DNA of 64,000 nucleotides from an uncultured Methanomassiliicoccales archaeon (GTDB taxonomy: Archaea; Thermoplasmatota; Thermoplasmata; Methanomassiliicoccales; UBA472). The stretch lies in contig OY968769.1 in NCBI GenBank assembly GCA_963695345.1, forward strand, positions 1,216,001 through 1,280,000, in the 5' to 3' direction. Of the stretch, positions 32,535 through 43,550 are shown piece after piece (positions within the stretch are counted from its first letter, which is position 1; every line of letters starts with the position of its first letter). The position numbers were made by a program, and so were the translations under genes. Under the pieces are notes generated by a model. That model was not told the DNA's origin. It searched no databases and was given only the letters and a program-made list of their open reading frames with translations.

Positions 32535-33919
32535 ATCCGGCGGCCGCACTTGAGGCATTCGAACCGGCCTTCCTCATACCGCGCCTCGTTCCCGCCGCAG
32601 TGAGGGCAAATGAATCCAAAGCCCTGGTGCGGGGTCTTCGGGTCCGGCGGAGGCGGGGGCTGCTGGTAAGGTTGGGCCGGCGGATACTGCTGATAGGCGT
32701 AGGGTGGATACTGATAGGGATTATTGCCCTGGGCGTACGGATTGTAGTATGTTTGCGGCGGGTAAGCCTGCGTCGTTGGAGCAGGTTTCTGTTTGGTCAA
32801 TTTCTTCCCGGTGAAGAGCTCGACCGCTTTGAACGAATAATGCACGAAATAGATAGCGCCCACCGCGATGAACACAAGAAGTAGCAGACCGATGCCCAGC
32901 TGCAATCCGTCGTTGTTCGGCCAGATCGATGTGGATATCGACAGATAGTCGGTGAAGAAATGGAACATGATGGCGGCGTAGAGGCCGAACTTAAGGAACA
33001 GGTAGCCCATCGCCAGGCCGGCCAGGAACGCCGGGATAACCTTGTACAGGTCCCAATTGAAACTGTGCGCCAACCCGAACATCAAAGATGAGAAAAGCAG
33101 GAGAGCCAGTTCCGCCTTTCCGAACTGGAATCCGCCGCCCAGGAAGTAGTGTTTGGGGTCCTTGACCTTGTTCAGGGCGATCGCCACGATGAGCAGCGGC
33201 ACGCCCAACAGCAGAACGCGGGTGATCAGTTCTTCCCAGACCGAGGCCTGGGCGTAGGAGAATAGTATCTGCCATAGGTCCGCCCCCTCGCTGGGGACGC
33301 TGGGCGAGGTCCCGGTCAGGCCCACTATGATGTAGAATAGGATGTTGAACGCTATCACCGCAAAGAACAGCGTTGAGATCATGTAAAGCGGGCTGTGCCC
33401 CTCATCGTGAATCTGGAAGGTAAGCTCGTGGGCGAACTTGTGCAGGCTCTTCTTCAGCATCCAGACGAACGATGCCACGATGGCTGCGACCAGGAACAGG
33501 AAGTAGATGGAGAGTCCGACGTCGCTCACCCTCAGGATGTTGACCAACCACGGGGTGATGATGAACAGGTTCGTTGCGTGCCCGCTCACGTTCGGGAGCA
33601 CCTGTCCGATCCCCCAGATAAGGACGATCACGTTGAACGATACCAGCATGAGCAGCATGAAGACAACGATGCTGGCCGCTCCCCTGACGACATTCCTCAG
33701 GGATTCGCCCTCGTTCGAGGGCTGATAGGGAGGATAGTAAGGATAGCCATACTGGTAGCCGTACTGATAATAGGGATTGTAGGAGTACTGCGGTGATGCC
33801 GCCACCGACATGCTTCTGCCACAGAACGGACAGAAGACGGCATCAGAAGGCACCTTCCTGCCGCAAAAGGGACACGAAGGGCCCGTTACTCCAGAACTGG
33901 AGGAGACCTCGGGGTCCAT
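32531..33919 (-). CDS. CPBP/Rce1-family intramembrane glutamic protease with terminal zinc ribbons
   Basis: WEELITR, FGLAH, HFFTD; CPFC..CPFC at the N-terminus and CPHC..CLKC at the C-terminus. Confidence 0.88.
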   Translation of the reverse strand: MDPEVSSSSGVTGPSCPFCGRKVPSDAVFCPFCGRSMSVAASPQYSYNPYYQYGYQYGYPYYPPYQPSNEGESLRNVVRGAASIVVFMLLMLVSFNVIVLIWGIGQVLPNVSGHATNLFIITPWLVNILRVSDVGLSIYFLFLVAAIVASFVWMLKKSLHKFAHELTFQIHDEGHSPLYMISTLFFAVIAFNILFYIIVGLTGTSPSVPSEGADLWQILFSYAQASVWEELITRVLLLGVPLLIVAIALNKVKDPKHYFLGGGFQFGKAELALLLFSSLMFGLAHSFNWDLYKVIPAFLAGLAMGYLFLKFGLYAAIMFHFFTDYLSISTSIWPNNDGLQLGIGLLLLVFIAVGAIYFVHYSFKAVELFTGKKLTKQKPAPTTQAYPPQTYYNPYAQGNNPYQYPPYAYQQYPPAQPYQQPPPPPDPKTPHQGFGFICPHCGGNEARYEEGRFECLKCGRRI

Positions 33920-34116
33920 TGTTCCTCTTGATTCCGTGGACGCTATTTCTATCCTTCGGTGCAAATCCCTCGATACCGACGATTCATTGAATCGTATTTC
34001 TATGGAAATCCAGATTAAAATCCTGAAAAAGTAGCTTTTTTCAATACTGGATAGTAGGGGAAAGATTTAAGAGCCAACCAAATCTATGTCGAACGGTCCT
34101 TACGGAGGCAGCTTAT

Positions 34117-34368
34117 ATGGATGAGGGTTCGACCGAGAAAGACGTGAAGTTTGAAACGATAAGCGCTGAAAAGATCCCATTTGGTAGGAACAACTTCATC
34201 GAGGTTGCCCGTAAGAAGGCCATTACCAAGGAGGGGGAGAACGAGTTCATTTCCCTCTCAAGGGGTTTCTTCCTCCCCGACGGGACGGAGAAGTTCAAGA
34301 AATCCATCACGATTCCAGACGATCCCTCGATCAAGGATTTCGTGATCGAGAAGATCAAATCGATGTGA
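34117..34368 (+). CDS. Small conserved-looking protein, possible PC4/YdbC-like nucleic-acid-binding fold
   Basis: Own BRE/TATA (gaaaga-TTTAAG at 34060-34071) and GGAGG RBS; beta-strand-rich sequence with a terminal helix. Confidence 0.75.
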   Translation: MDEGSTEKDVKFETISAEKIPFGRNNFIEVARKKAITKEGENEFISLSRGFFLPDGTEKFKKSITIPDDPSIKDFVIEKIKSM

Positions 34369-34396
34369 TTCGTACCGGGCCAGTGCCCCGGTTCGG

Positions 34397-34921
34397 TCAT
34401 TCTTTCTCGCCTATCTCAATCAACATCTCAAGGTAGGAGCGGCGTTCGCTTCCGACCAAACCGATCCGATCCCGCAACTTTTCCAGTCTGGACCCGCCCT
34501 CGATCGCATCCTCGCCCTGGATCTCCAGCTCGACGAAATCCCCCAAGCCCTCAACCGAATCGAGACTGACGGTCACGCCTTCTAGGACATACTCCTTACG
34601 TTTCTTTCTCACCTTGGCCACCGACCGGAAGCCCAGCCGGGCGAGGATCGCCGTCATTTTCTCCAGGTCGTCGATCTCCATTTCGATCTCCTCGCGCGTC
34701 TTGGTGTGGCGGTCGATCTTCGGTCCCTTATAGGTGATCTTGCCCGCTGAGTCCTTACGCAGTCTCAGTGCCTCATCGGTCACGGCGAAGTCGCGGCAGG
34801 GGTGGTTGAAGTACTCGTCGACCTGTTCTTCCTCACCCAGTGGCGTTGCTCCTCTCTCCAGGAGCCACCTCTCGACCCTGGCATTGTCATCGGAACGGGT
34901 CTTGATCTCGATCTCCAACAT
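34397..34921 (-). CDS. cyaB: CYTH/class IV adenylate cyclase-like protein
   Basis: EIEIK (ExExK), DEALRLR, ITYKGPK, REEIE, LGDFVELE, SYLE. Confidence 0.9.
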   Translation of the reverse strand: MLEIEIKTRSDDNARVERWLLERGATPLGEEEQVDEYFNHPCRDFAVTDEALRLRKDSAGKITYKGPKIDRHTKTREEIEMEIDDLEKMTAILARLGFRSVAKVRKKRKEYVLEGVTVSLDSVEGLGDFVELEIQGEDAIEGGSRLEKLRDRIGLVGSERRSYLEMLIEIGEKE

Positions 34922-34994
34922 GCGATTGGAATAGTGGTTTTGGTTAATCAGGGCTTCCCCGCAACAAAGAAGTAGCCTGAGAGATAATCCCTGA

Positions 34995-35531
34995 ATGGTT
35001 AGCATGGAAGAGGACCAGTTGGGGCTAGTACAGGTTTACACCGGTGACGGCAAAGGTAAGACGACCGCGGCCCTAGGGCTGGTCCTGAGGGCGTGGGGAA
35101 GGGGGCTCAACGCGTGTTTGGTCCAATTCATGAAGAAAGGGGAGGACTACGGCGAGATACAGGCCCTGCGAAAGATGGGGGTCGAACTCTACCAGTTCGG
35201 CGCCGACCGGCTGATCACAAAGGGCAGCGTCCATCCGGAGGATATCCAGCTAGCCCACCGGGCGCTCGCCTTTGCAGAAGTCTTACTGGAGTCCGGGGAA
35301 TATGATGTGATAGTACTGGACGAGATCAACGTGGCGATGTTCTTCGGTCTCGTCGATCCCGAGGAGGTTTTGGGCGTCCTTAGAAAACGCAGGAGGGGCG
35401 TGGAAGTGATATTGACCGGAAGGAACGCGCCCCCCGAGATCATCGAAGAGGCCGACCTGGTGACCCGGATGGTGGCCGAGAAGCATCCCTACGACAAGGG
35501 CGTTATCGCCCGGGCTGGAATCGAGTACTGA
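34995..35531 (+). CDS. cobO: Cob(I)yrinic acid a,c-diamide adenosyltransferase (CobA/BtuR type)
   Basis: YTGDGKGKTTAA, VQFMK, LDEIN, LTGR, KHPY...ARAGIEY. Confidence 0.93.
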   Translation: MVSMEEDQLGLVQVYTGDGKGKTTAALGLVLRAWGRGLNACLVQFMKKGEDYGEIQALRKMGVELYQFGADRLITKGSVHPEDIQLAHRALAFAEVLLESGEYDVIVLDEINVAMFFGLVDPEEVLGVLRKRRRGVEVILTGRNAPPEIIEEADLVTRMVAEKHPYDKGVIARAGIEY

Positions 35532-35697
35532 CGTTCAAGCCAATCTCATATTATCATTTTGAAAAAATGAAATTTAACCACTAGCCAGCCATCATCCATT
35601 CAATCTTGATTATCAGCCACAAATGGTTAAATAGAGACAAACGAAATAAGCAAATTTGCCCCGAGCGCAGGCACTCGACAGTGGGAAGGCAGCAATT

Positions 35698-38600
35698 ATG
35701 ACCAACAAAAAGAGCAATTATCATCGGAACAGCAAGCATCTCAGGAAAAGCCGGCATGGTGTCTCTGAGATCATCGGAAACCTGCTCATATTGGCCATAA
35801 CCGTTTCATTGTTCACGGGTGTCCTATTCTTCGTGACCAACATGCCTGCGCCGCAAGACCAGACGCTCGGTGACTTCAGCGCTCAGACCGGCTCCTCCAC
35901 CAACCATTTCTATATGAATGTCACCCACAAGGGCGGTCAGACATTGTCCCAGGACTCGACCAACATCTATCTTTTCAAGAACGATGTCCCCACCGTCCTG
36001 AACATATCATCCAGCAATCCCAGCATCGGTCTTGATTGGAAGATCGGTGAGGTCTGGTCCTATGATATGACTCCCTATATACCACCGGTATGACGGTCCG
36101 CCTGATGATCGTGGACAAGACCACGAACAGCATCGTCTGGCAGGCGGTATTGGCAGGCAACAAGACGGACCAGAACACGCCGCCCATCATCGGCTCCCGA
36201 GGGTTCACGCCAGCCCCGGTCTATGACAAGGACTCTGTCTACCTGTTTGCCACCATAACCGATCTGGATAGCAATCTGGCCGGAGTGTGGGTAGACGCCT
36301 CCTCACTCGGTCTCTCGAACAACATAACTCTGACCGATTCGAACCACGATGGTACATATACCAGCACGTCAGCCTATCTGGCATCCTACAGCGGATGGAA
36401 CGGCAGGACGATCTTCTTCAACGCGTATGACACCGCTGGCAAGAACGCCACGTCCCAATTCGTGGTCGTCGTGTCCCAGTCCTCTTCCAGCAATGGAAAC
36501 GGCTACAACGGTCCATACACCAACTATTCCAGCTACCTGACCAACGGAACATATCCGCCAGACGCGAGCGGCGGCCAGGCCGGGGAAACGATGGGAGAGG
36601 CAGGGACCACGTTCTACTACATACGCCGAGCCTCGGATGGCAACATCACCAGGAACTTCAACGCCAGCGAACAGATACTGGTCGAGGTCTATAGCGACAC
36701 GCTCAGGAACCTGGCCCTCGACAACAGTCTGTTGATCTACCAACCGCTATCGGGTAATGTGATGACCCCGCCCAGCTCTACAATGGCATTCAAATACGGC
36801 GGCATCTACGGGGATTTCTACCGTTACAATTACACGTTCAATGCCCCGAACATTGGCTATACCTATCCCCTCCAGATCAAGCTGAAGGACAACATAGGGA
36901 CAGTGGTCAACATTTGGGACCAGATCATCATTAACGGCGCCGTCTACCCCAGTGTCAAGACCTACACATACACGGGCGGAGCGCTGGTGCCTTGCACCAA
37001 TTTCTCATTGACCGACACGATTTATGTCAAGCTATCCACGCTCGATGTGGACGGCGTGATGACCGGCGTGTTCATGAACGACCTGACGGTGAGCGACTAT
37101 TCTGGCCGTTATGTCGTGAGGAAGACGCCGACGATGCCGGTCACCAACCCGACGACCGGTGGGAAGACTCCCGTGTATACCGCCCCGGTCAGTGCGGTGT
37201 TCAAGACCGACTCGACGAACGGCATCACCTGGATAGCCGACGGTAAGACAACGTCGAACGACCCGACAGCCAGTTATACGTTCTACTTCAAGCCCATCGA
37301 TGCCAACGCGGGATGGTGGCTGCCCCGTCGGAACTCGTATACCCTGACGATAGACACCTTCCAGGATACCGGAGCGGGAGGGAGCACCGGTGAGACATAC
37401 CATTCGCTGACCGTTCAGTTCAACATCACCGCGCCCCGGTCGATGACGGACATCATAACCGGCATCGGGTCAGGATCATACACATGGAGTTCCTCGGGGG
37501 CCTCCTGGAGCAGCAGCCAGCTCGCCTGGTTCAAGAACGGTGAGGTGACCGGGCAGTGGCAGAAGATAACCATCGCCGGCTCAACCTACTCCGGCCCCGT
37601 CGGACTGGTCCAAGCAGACCTCGATGGAGACAGCCGCCAGGACCTGGCGGTCGGATTCCAGGACCCGAACGTCGGTGTCGCCTGGTACCGCAGCCTTTCG
37701 GTCGATGGGACATCATGGTCCACACCATATCGTCTGATGAAATCCCTTGACGGAACGCCAGGCGTTCAAGCATCAGGCGGTACAAGCAAGGGGCTGAGCA
37801 ACGCCGACGTTACCGTGTACTCTACCAGGGACGGAGCCTTTGAGCCGGACTATGGTGGGACGTCGTACACGTCATCCTATGACATCATCGGCGCCATGGC
37901 GGCAGGCAACTTCGGAAACGGGCAGACCGACATCGTCGTCAGCCTGATCCACGTGGTTGTACATTCCACGGCCTCTAGCGCGAACGATGCGAAGAACAAT
38001 CCGTCATATAACACGCCTTTGTTCTTCAACCGCGGTATCTACGTCCTGTGGAACAACGGTGGTGCCATGGACTGGAAGATGACGCCATTGTATGGATCGA
38101 GGGACTATTTCCCCGCGTTCAGACAGGGCGCCACATTGCTGGACGCAAACGGTAACAACAACCCGGCGGCCATCGACATATCCACCGGGGACTTCAATCA
38201 GGACGGATTTGATGACATAGCGGCCGTATATGAGACCGGTGTCACCAAGATCTGGCTCAGCCAGTGGAGCGATGTCCAATCGATGTCCGATCCTTTCGAC
38301 GCTACGTTCAACTCGACCGCATCGCTGATGCCGGCCGCAAGCGTGCCCACCGTTCCGGGAACTGCGGGGCCGTGGGACCTGGCCGGTAGGGCAGTAAGGC
38401 TTAGGGTCGCAGACGTGGATGGCAACGGGTATCCCGACCTGGTCAGGACCAGCGCCTTGGCCGCCTCGGTGAACACTGTCTACGTTATCACCACCATGCC
38501 GGCCACGCCAGTCTCGACCACCAACTATCCGGTGCTGGAGTATGGCGGGACCGGGATCACCGCCAAGGTTACTGGCAGCAAGGCCGACCTCACGGCGATT

Positions 38601-40000
38601 GATAACAAATGGGAGAACCTGACCGAGGTCTTCCAGAACTCCTCCGTCCTGTTCGACCGGCCCATATCGACCGCCGCCGGGGACGATACGGGCCAGGTAT
38701 TGGCGAATATTCAATACGATGACGGCGTCACATACAATGTTGGTAAGCATCAGACTCTCAGCATCGCGATAGCCAGTGCCGATCCGGCCTACATAGGGAT
38801 GCAGGTCACCCAGGTGACGATGAGGACCAAGTATTCCGTTTCAGCCGACTATGATGGCAGCCGTTACCTGGAATGGTCAAATGACGGTGGCAGCACCTGG
38901 ATGGACACGAACATCCAACCGATCAACACCCAGTTGAACGTCAACCTGACCTATGATCTCTACAACGGTCAAGGGGCCAACAGTATCAACAGCTGGGCGA
39001 AGCTCCAGAACATATGTTTCCGGTTCTTCAACAGCGAATCGTCCGGGACCAACGCGGTGCGTTTCGACTTCATCTATCTCGAGGTGAAGTTCGGGGTTTC
39101 CCGGCAGGTGGAATGGAACTGGCAGGTGCCGAACCTGACGACCGAGATATGGCACAACCTGACCATCAACGCCAAGGTCAAGACGGCCGGGGACTCGTTC
39201 AACGTGTCCTATTCGCCTGACAATGAGACCTGGTTCCCGCTGTTCACCATATCAAGCACGACCCAGACAGAACTACACCGCACTGCTCCTGCATACCGTG
39301 AACTCGAAGTACTACATCAGGATCGAGGACACCAACAGGATGACCGACTGACCTGGTCAACGACACCTTGTGCGTGAACATGGTCAGCATAAGGCACTAT
39401 TCCCCGGCGGTCACCTGGACCTTCGATTCCTCCAAGTGGCAAAGGTCGGTGACTGGTGTAAGCAGTCCGAACTTCATCACCGCCTTGGCGGTGGCCGATG
39501 TCGGGAAATCCTCCGGCGATCATAAGCCGGACGGGAAGGTGGACATCGTGGTCGGCACGACAATGATCGGCTCCGGGGACGCCACACACGCACTGTTCGT
39601 CATAACCAATTCGGGTACGCAGCTGGAAGCAGCCACCGCCATCCCGGTGGTAGCCGCTTCCGCCGCGATCGGGACGAACAGGTATGATGTCAAGGCGGTC
39701 GAGCTGGGCGACTTCAATGGAGATGGGTTCATCGATATCGCATTGGCCATTGGATTCAGTCCAGGCTACACCTACGCCGCCGGAAGCACGTCAACCCTCT
39801 GGATCTACCTCAACCAGCCGTCATCCTCAGGGTGGCAGTTCAATGAGCAGCCGGTCAACGTGCTGGACTCGTCCGGATCGGTTATCAACATTAAGACCGG
39901 ATACGTCGATCTGACGTTCCTCTGGCCTCTCTTCGGGGTGTTCGGCATCGTGGTGGCTGAGGCATTCGTGGTAAGGGCCGAAAGAAAGAGGAAGGAGTAA
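35698..40000 (+). CDS. Giant surface protein (~1430 aa): archaeal type IV pilin N-terminus, Ig-like domains, FG-GAP-type repeats, C-terminal TM helix (three apparent frameshifts near 36078, 39270 and 39346)
   Basis: Class III signal RHG/VSEIIGNLLILAITV; DLDGDSRQD, DFNQDGFDD, DVDGNGYPD and DFNGDGFID repeats; many N-x-S/T sequons; terminal hydrophobic helix followed by RKRKE. Confidence 0.8.
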
Positions 40001-40013
40001 GAACGTCCCGGAC

Positions 40014-41204
40014 ATGGGTAATGTCGTGTACGATGTGCTGGTGTCCGGGGCCGGACCTTCCGGTTCCTATGCCGCGTACCTGCTCGCCAAGAGCGGGTAC
40101 AAGGTCGGTCTGATCGAAAGAGAGGAGCTTCCGCGTGCCAAATGCTGTGCCGGAGGCGTGATGCAGCGCGCCCTCGGGATGCTGGATTTTCAACTTCCAG
40201 ACGATGTGATCGAACGCAGGGTCACCGGGGTGAACGTGGTACATGGAGGCCGCATGCACACGCTCGACAGCGGCAAGACGGTCATAACTACGGTCCGCCG
40301 GTCCCGGTTCGATGCCTTCCTTGCCGCCAAGGCGGAGAAGGCCGGGTGTGAGATACTGCAAGGCCAGAAACTACAGAATGTCCATGAGCGCGTCGATGGC
40401 ATCGAATGCGATGTCGGCGCAAGCCATTTGAGCTCCCGGTCCCTGATCATCGCAGAAGGGTCGACCAGCGTCAATGCCAGCCGACTGTACGGACCCTACC
40501 CGGGCAAGTTCTCGTCCATGGGGATGGCGGTGGAATGCGACGAAACGGTCGACCGGGGAGAAAGGGTAGAGCTGTTCCTCATGGACTCACCAACGGAGCA
40601 CATCCGTTGGGGTCCCGGCTTCCCGCTCATGGGGTGGATGTTCCCCCTGCGCACCGGATGCAACATCGGAGTGGTCGGTTCGGGCTACTCCTCCGAGACG
40701 CTGGGGAAGGCAATGGCCACGGTCTCTCAGGACCTGGAACGGAGGACAGGCGCCTTACCCGACATAAGCGGTTACACCGCACATCCGATCCCACTCCGGG
40801 CGCGCCGGGTACTGCACACCCGAAGAACGCTCCTGGTGGGCGATGCGGCAGGCCTTACGAGCGCGATCAGCGGTGAAGGCATGTCCTATGCCTTCCAGAG
40901 CGCGGGATACGCCACCGATGCGCTCAGGCGTTTATTATCCGGTTCAGGGAAGGATCCGCTGGCGGGGTATGACCGGCTCTGCAAGGACAACATCGTACGT
41001 GACATGAAGGCCGCCGAGATCATCTCGCCGGTGCTCCACTGGCTTATCGGGGTGGTGGACCCGGACAAGTTCTTCGAGAACGTCGCCGGATACAACGGCA
41101 TCGTGCGCGCCTCAGAGGGGATCGCCGCCGGAACAGTCGACTGGAGAAAGCTGCTGGCGGAAACGATCCCATCGTTCCCCCGCCTCTTCTTCTCCTCCCT
41201 ATGA
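40014..41204 (+). CDS. Geranylgeranyl reductase-family FAD oxidoreductase
   Basis: DVLVSGAGPSG, PRAKCCAGG, RRSRFD, GWMFP, VGDAAG...GEGM. Confidence 0.87.
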   Translation: MGNVVYDVLVSGAGPSGSYAAYLLAKSGYKVGLIEREELPRAKCCAGGVMQRALGMLDFQLPDDVIERRVTGVNVVHGGRMHTLDSGKTVITTVRRSRFDAFLAAKAEKAGCEILQGQKLQNVHERVDGIECDVGASHLSSRSLIIAEGSTSVNASRLYGPYPGKFSSMGMAVECDETVDRGERVELFLMDSPTEHIRWGPGFPLMGWMFPLRTGCNIGVVGSGYSSETLGKAMATVSQDLERRTGALPDISGYTAHPIPLRARRVLHTRRTLLVGDAAGLTSAISGEGMSYAFQSAGYATDALRRLLSGSGKDPLAGYDRLCKDNIVRDMKAAEIISPVLHWLIGVVDPDKFFENVAGYNGIVRASEGIAAGTVDWRKLLAETIPSFPRLFFSSL

Positions 41205-41205
41205 A

Positions 41206-42888
41206 CTAGAACAGGCCAAGATATCTCAGGGTGGCGATGACGAAGCCGACCAGGGCGATGCTCATGACAAATCTCGGGCTCCGATATCTTATGAAGCATC
41301 CTGCGGCGGCGGCGCCCATGACCGGGAATGCCACCAGATCCAAAGGCCCGGAGAAGAGCACCAGCGGCGTGAAGGACGCCCCCATGATCAAGGCGGAGAC
41401 CAGCAGGACCCCCCGGTCCAACCCCAATATTGTGTAGACGGTCCTCACCTTGGCCTTTCTATCCTCCTCATAACCGGAAACATCGGTCACCATCGACCCG
41501 ATGACCAGCCCCAGGAAGATCACCGCACCGATCAAGAAAGCCGTCAGGTTCAGAGGGGCCACCCCTATCGCCCCGGTCAGGAAATGGACCGGCGTATCGT
41601 ATTGGTACATGGTCTCGACGACGGTGTAGGGTGTCAGATACCCGTAGAGGAACGCCAAGGAGGCCCCGATGCCGATCAGCGCCGGGCTCATGACCTGCTC
41701 CTTGAAGCGCACCGGCCGGAACGAGTACAGATACGAGAGAATGAACACCAGTGCCAATATCAGGAACTCGGTGAATGAGAGCAGGAAGGCCACCATCAGG
41801 GCCACCGCCATCATGATTAGGGATCCATGGAGCATCGTGCCCCGGTCCACCATGCCTGACGCGATGGTCCTCCAGGTCTTTGTGGGATCGTCGAACTTGC
41901 TGTCGGCGATGTCGTTCCAGATGGTACTGACCTGCCAGGCCAGAAGGGCCGACGAGATCGAGAGGATGACGTAGGTTATGTTGACCCAGTAAGGCGTCTG
42001 GGCGATGGACATGACCAGGTCCTGGTCGACCGCGCTCCACCCAACGACCATTCCCCCGGCCACGATCATTCCGAAGAACAGGGTCTGGAACGGCCTCATG
42101 CTGGTGATCTGGCGGCGGAACGAGCCTTTCATGGCCAGGTATGCTATCACCGTCACCAGCAACAATCCGGCCATGACGTAGTACATCACCAGGAAGAGAT
42201 GGAACTGGAAATACTTCGTCTGGTCAAAATAGGGGAATGCCGGAATGCCGTCCACGTTCCCCACCGGGAGGTATGACCCGGGCGTGGCGACTATGAACAT
42301 CGAGACGACGGTGAAGAGCACAAGGAAGAACACGCGCAGGAGGGTCACCGCCCGATCCTTGAGGAAGAACAGCTTCTCCCTCTGCGTCCAGATCACGTAG
42401 GAGAACAGGGCGAACAGGAAGGTGGCCACCTCCAGCCCCTGTCCCGGATGGAAGGTGCGCCCTTGGAAATGAAGGAACGCGTTCAGGTATTCCGTCCAGG
42501 AAAAGTAGGCGTAGCTCTCGTTCAGACCGAACACGAAATGGTCCAGGAACGGCGGTATGAGGATCAGCCAATAGATATTGGTTATGAGGTTAAGGGAACG
42601 GCGGAAACCTCTGCCCGAGAAGGCGGTGAGCAACAGCACCAGCCCCAGGAAGACCACCACATAGAACGAGACGTGATGGGCGATGCTGAATATCCAGGGA
42701 TGGGCCTCGGTGACGAACGCAGTATCCAGCAGGTAATATTCGGCCAGGTCCCGGCCCAATGCCAGCAGGATGACGTAGAGGAAAATGCCTATTACCGGCA
42801 GCCGCCCCTTCTCCAGGAAAGCGATGAGCCCGTCCCCTTTGGCCGAGAACCTGTCCCAAGCCGACCCACCTTCCGATACTGGCATCAA
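41206..42888 (-). CDS. UbiA-family prenyltransferase with an extra N-terminal multi-TM domain
   Basis: MRPF, NDIADSKFD, YLYSFRPVRFK and DVSGYEED...VRT in the C-terminal half; about 260 aa of additional TM helices. Confidence 0.82.
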   Translation of the reverse strand: MMPVSEGGSAWDRFSAKGDGLIAFLEKGRLPVIGIFLYVILLALGRDLAEYYLLDTAFVTEAHPWIFSIAHHVSFYVVVFLGLVLLLTAFSGRGFRRSLNLITNIYWLILIPPFLDHFVFGLNESYAYFSWTEYLNAFLHFQGRTFHPGQGLEVATFLFALFSYVIWTQREKLFFLKDRAVTLLRVFFLVLFTVVSMFIVATPGSYLPVGNVDGIPAFPYFDQTKYFQFHLFLVMYYVMAGLLLVTVIAYLAMKGSFRRQITSMRPFQTLFFGMIVAGGMVVGWSAVDQDLVMSIAQTPYWVNITYVILSISSALLAWQVSTIWNDIADSKFDDPTKTWRTIASGMVDRGTMLHGSLIMMAVALMVAFLLSFTEFLILALVFILSYLYSFRPVRFKEQVMSPALIGIGASLAFLYGYLTPYTVVETMYQYDTPVHFLTGAIGVAPLNLTAFLIGAVIFLGLVIGSMVTDVSGYEEDRKAKVRTVYTILGLDRGVLLVSALIMGASFTPLVLFSGPLDLVAFPVMGAAAAGCFIRYRSPRFVMSIALVGFVIATLRYLGLF

Positions 42889-42911
42889 CCGGTTAGACGG
42901 CTGGGCGCTAT

Positions 42912-43550
42912 TTAAGAATGTTGAGCAGAATTACCGGTCAGGAGCTTTTCGACGTTCCCCGCCCGTTCATACTCGATTACCGCCAGGACCGTGCGGTATT
43001 TTCCGGTCAGTCTGCCCAGCGCCTCGGCCATATGCTCCTCCCGTTTCTGGTTGAGCTTCTGGAATCCCCCGGGCTTGTTGATCTTCTTGTCCCAGTCGAG
43101 CGCGAACGCTCCCGCCGATGTGAAATCGAAACGCTTGCGGTGTGCCCGCTTGACGAACATGGACTCCCTGATCAGGTCCACCCCTCCTACCTCATGGCAA
43201 TAGGTCTCGGTGTAGGCTTCCTCGTTCATGTCGATCGGGACCAGGGTGATGCTCATTGCCGTCCCGATGTCCCTGGCCTTCACATAGCAGGGAGGTGGGA
43301 TCTGGATCTCACCGAATTTTTCGAGCAGCACCGAGTATATCTCCTCGAGGTCGCTCATTTCGTACTTGCCGTAGTCCTCTTTTGTCCCGAGCGCGGCAAG
43401 TTCCTCTTTGGATATCGATATGGCTATGGCGTCCGGATTCGCCTCTTTGATAGCCTTTTCCACCGTTTCGCCCTCTGAAACAAGACCTTTCACGACCGGC
43501 AGGATATGGATCGTGGAGCCATTGATCTCAACGTTTCTCATCAGGTTCAC
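42912..43550 (-). CDS. Hypothetical protein, TraB/GumN-like
   Basis: PDAIAISIS, LVPIDM, KREEHMA, VLAVI pattern. Confidence 0.65.
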   Translation of the reverse strand: MNLMRNVEINGSTIHILPVVKGLVSEGETVEKAIKEANPDAIAISISKEELAALGTKEDYGKYEMSDLEEIYSVLLEKFGEIQIPPPCYVKARDIGTAMSITLVPIDMNEEAYTETYCHEVGGVDLIRESMFVKRAHRKRFDFTSAGAFALDWDKKINKPGGFQKLNQKREEHMAEALGRLTGKYRTVLAVIEYERAGNVEKLLTGNSAQHS

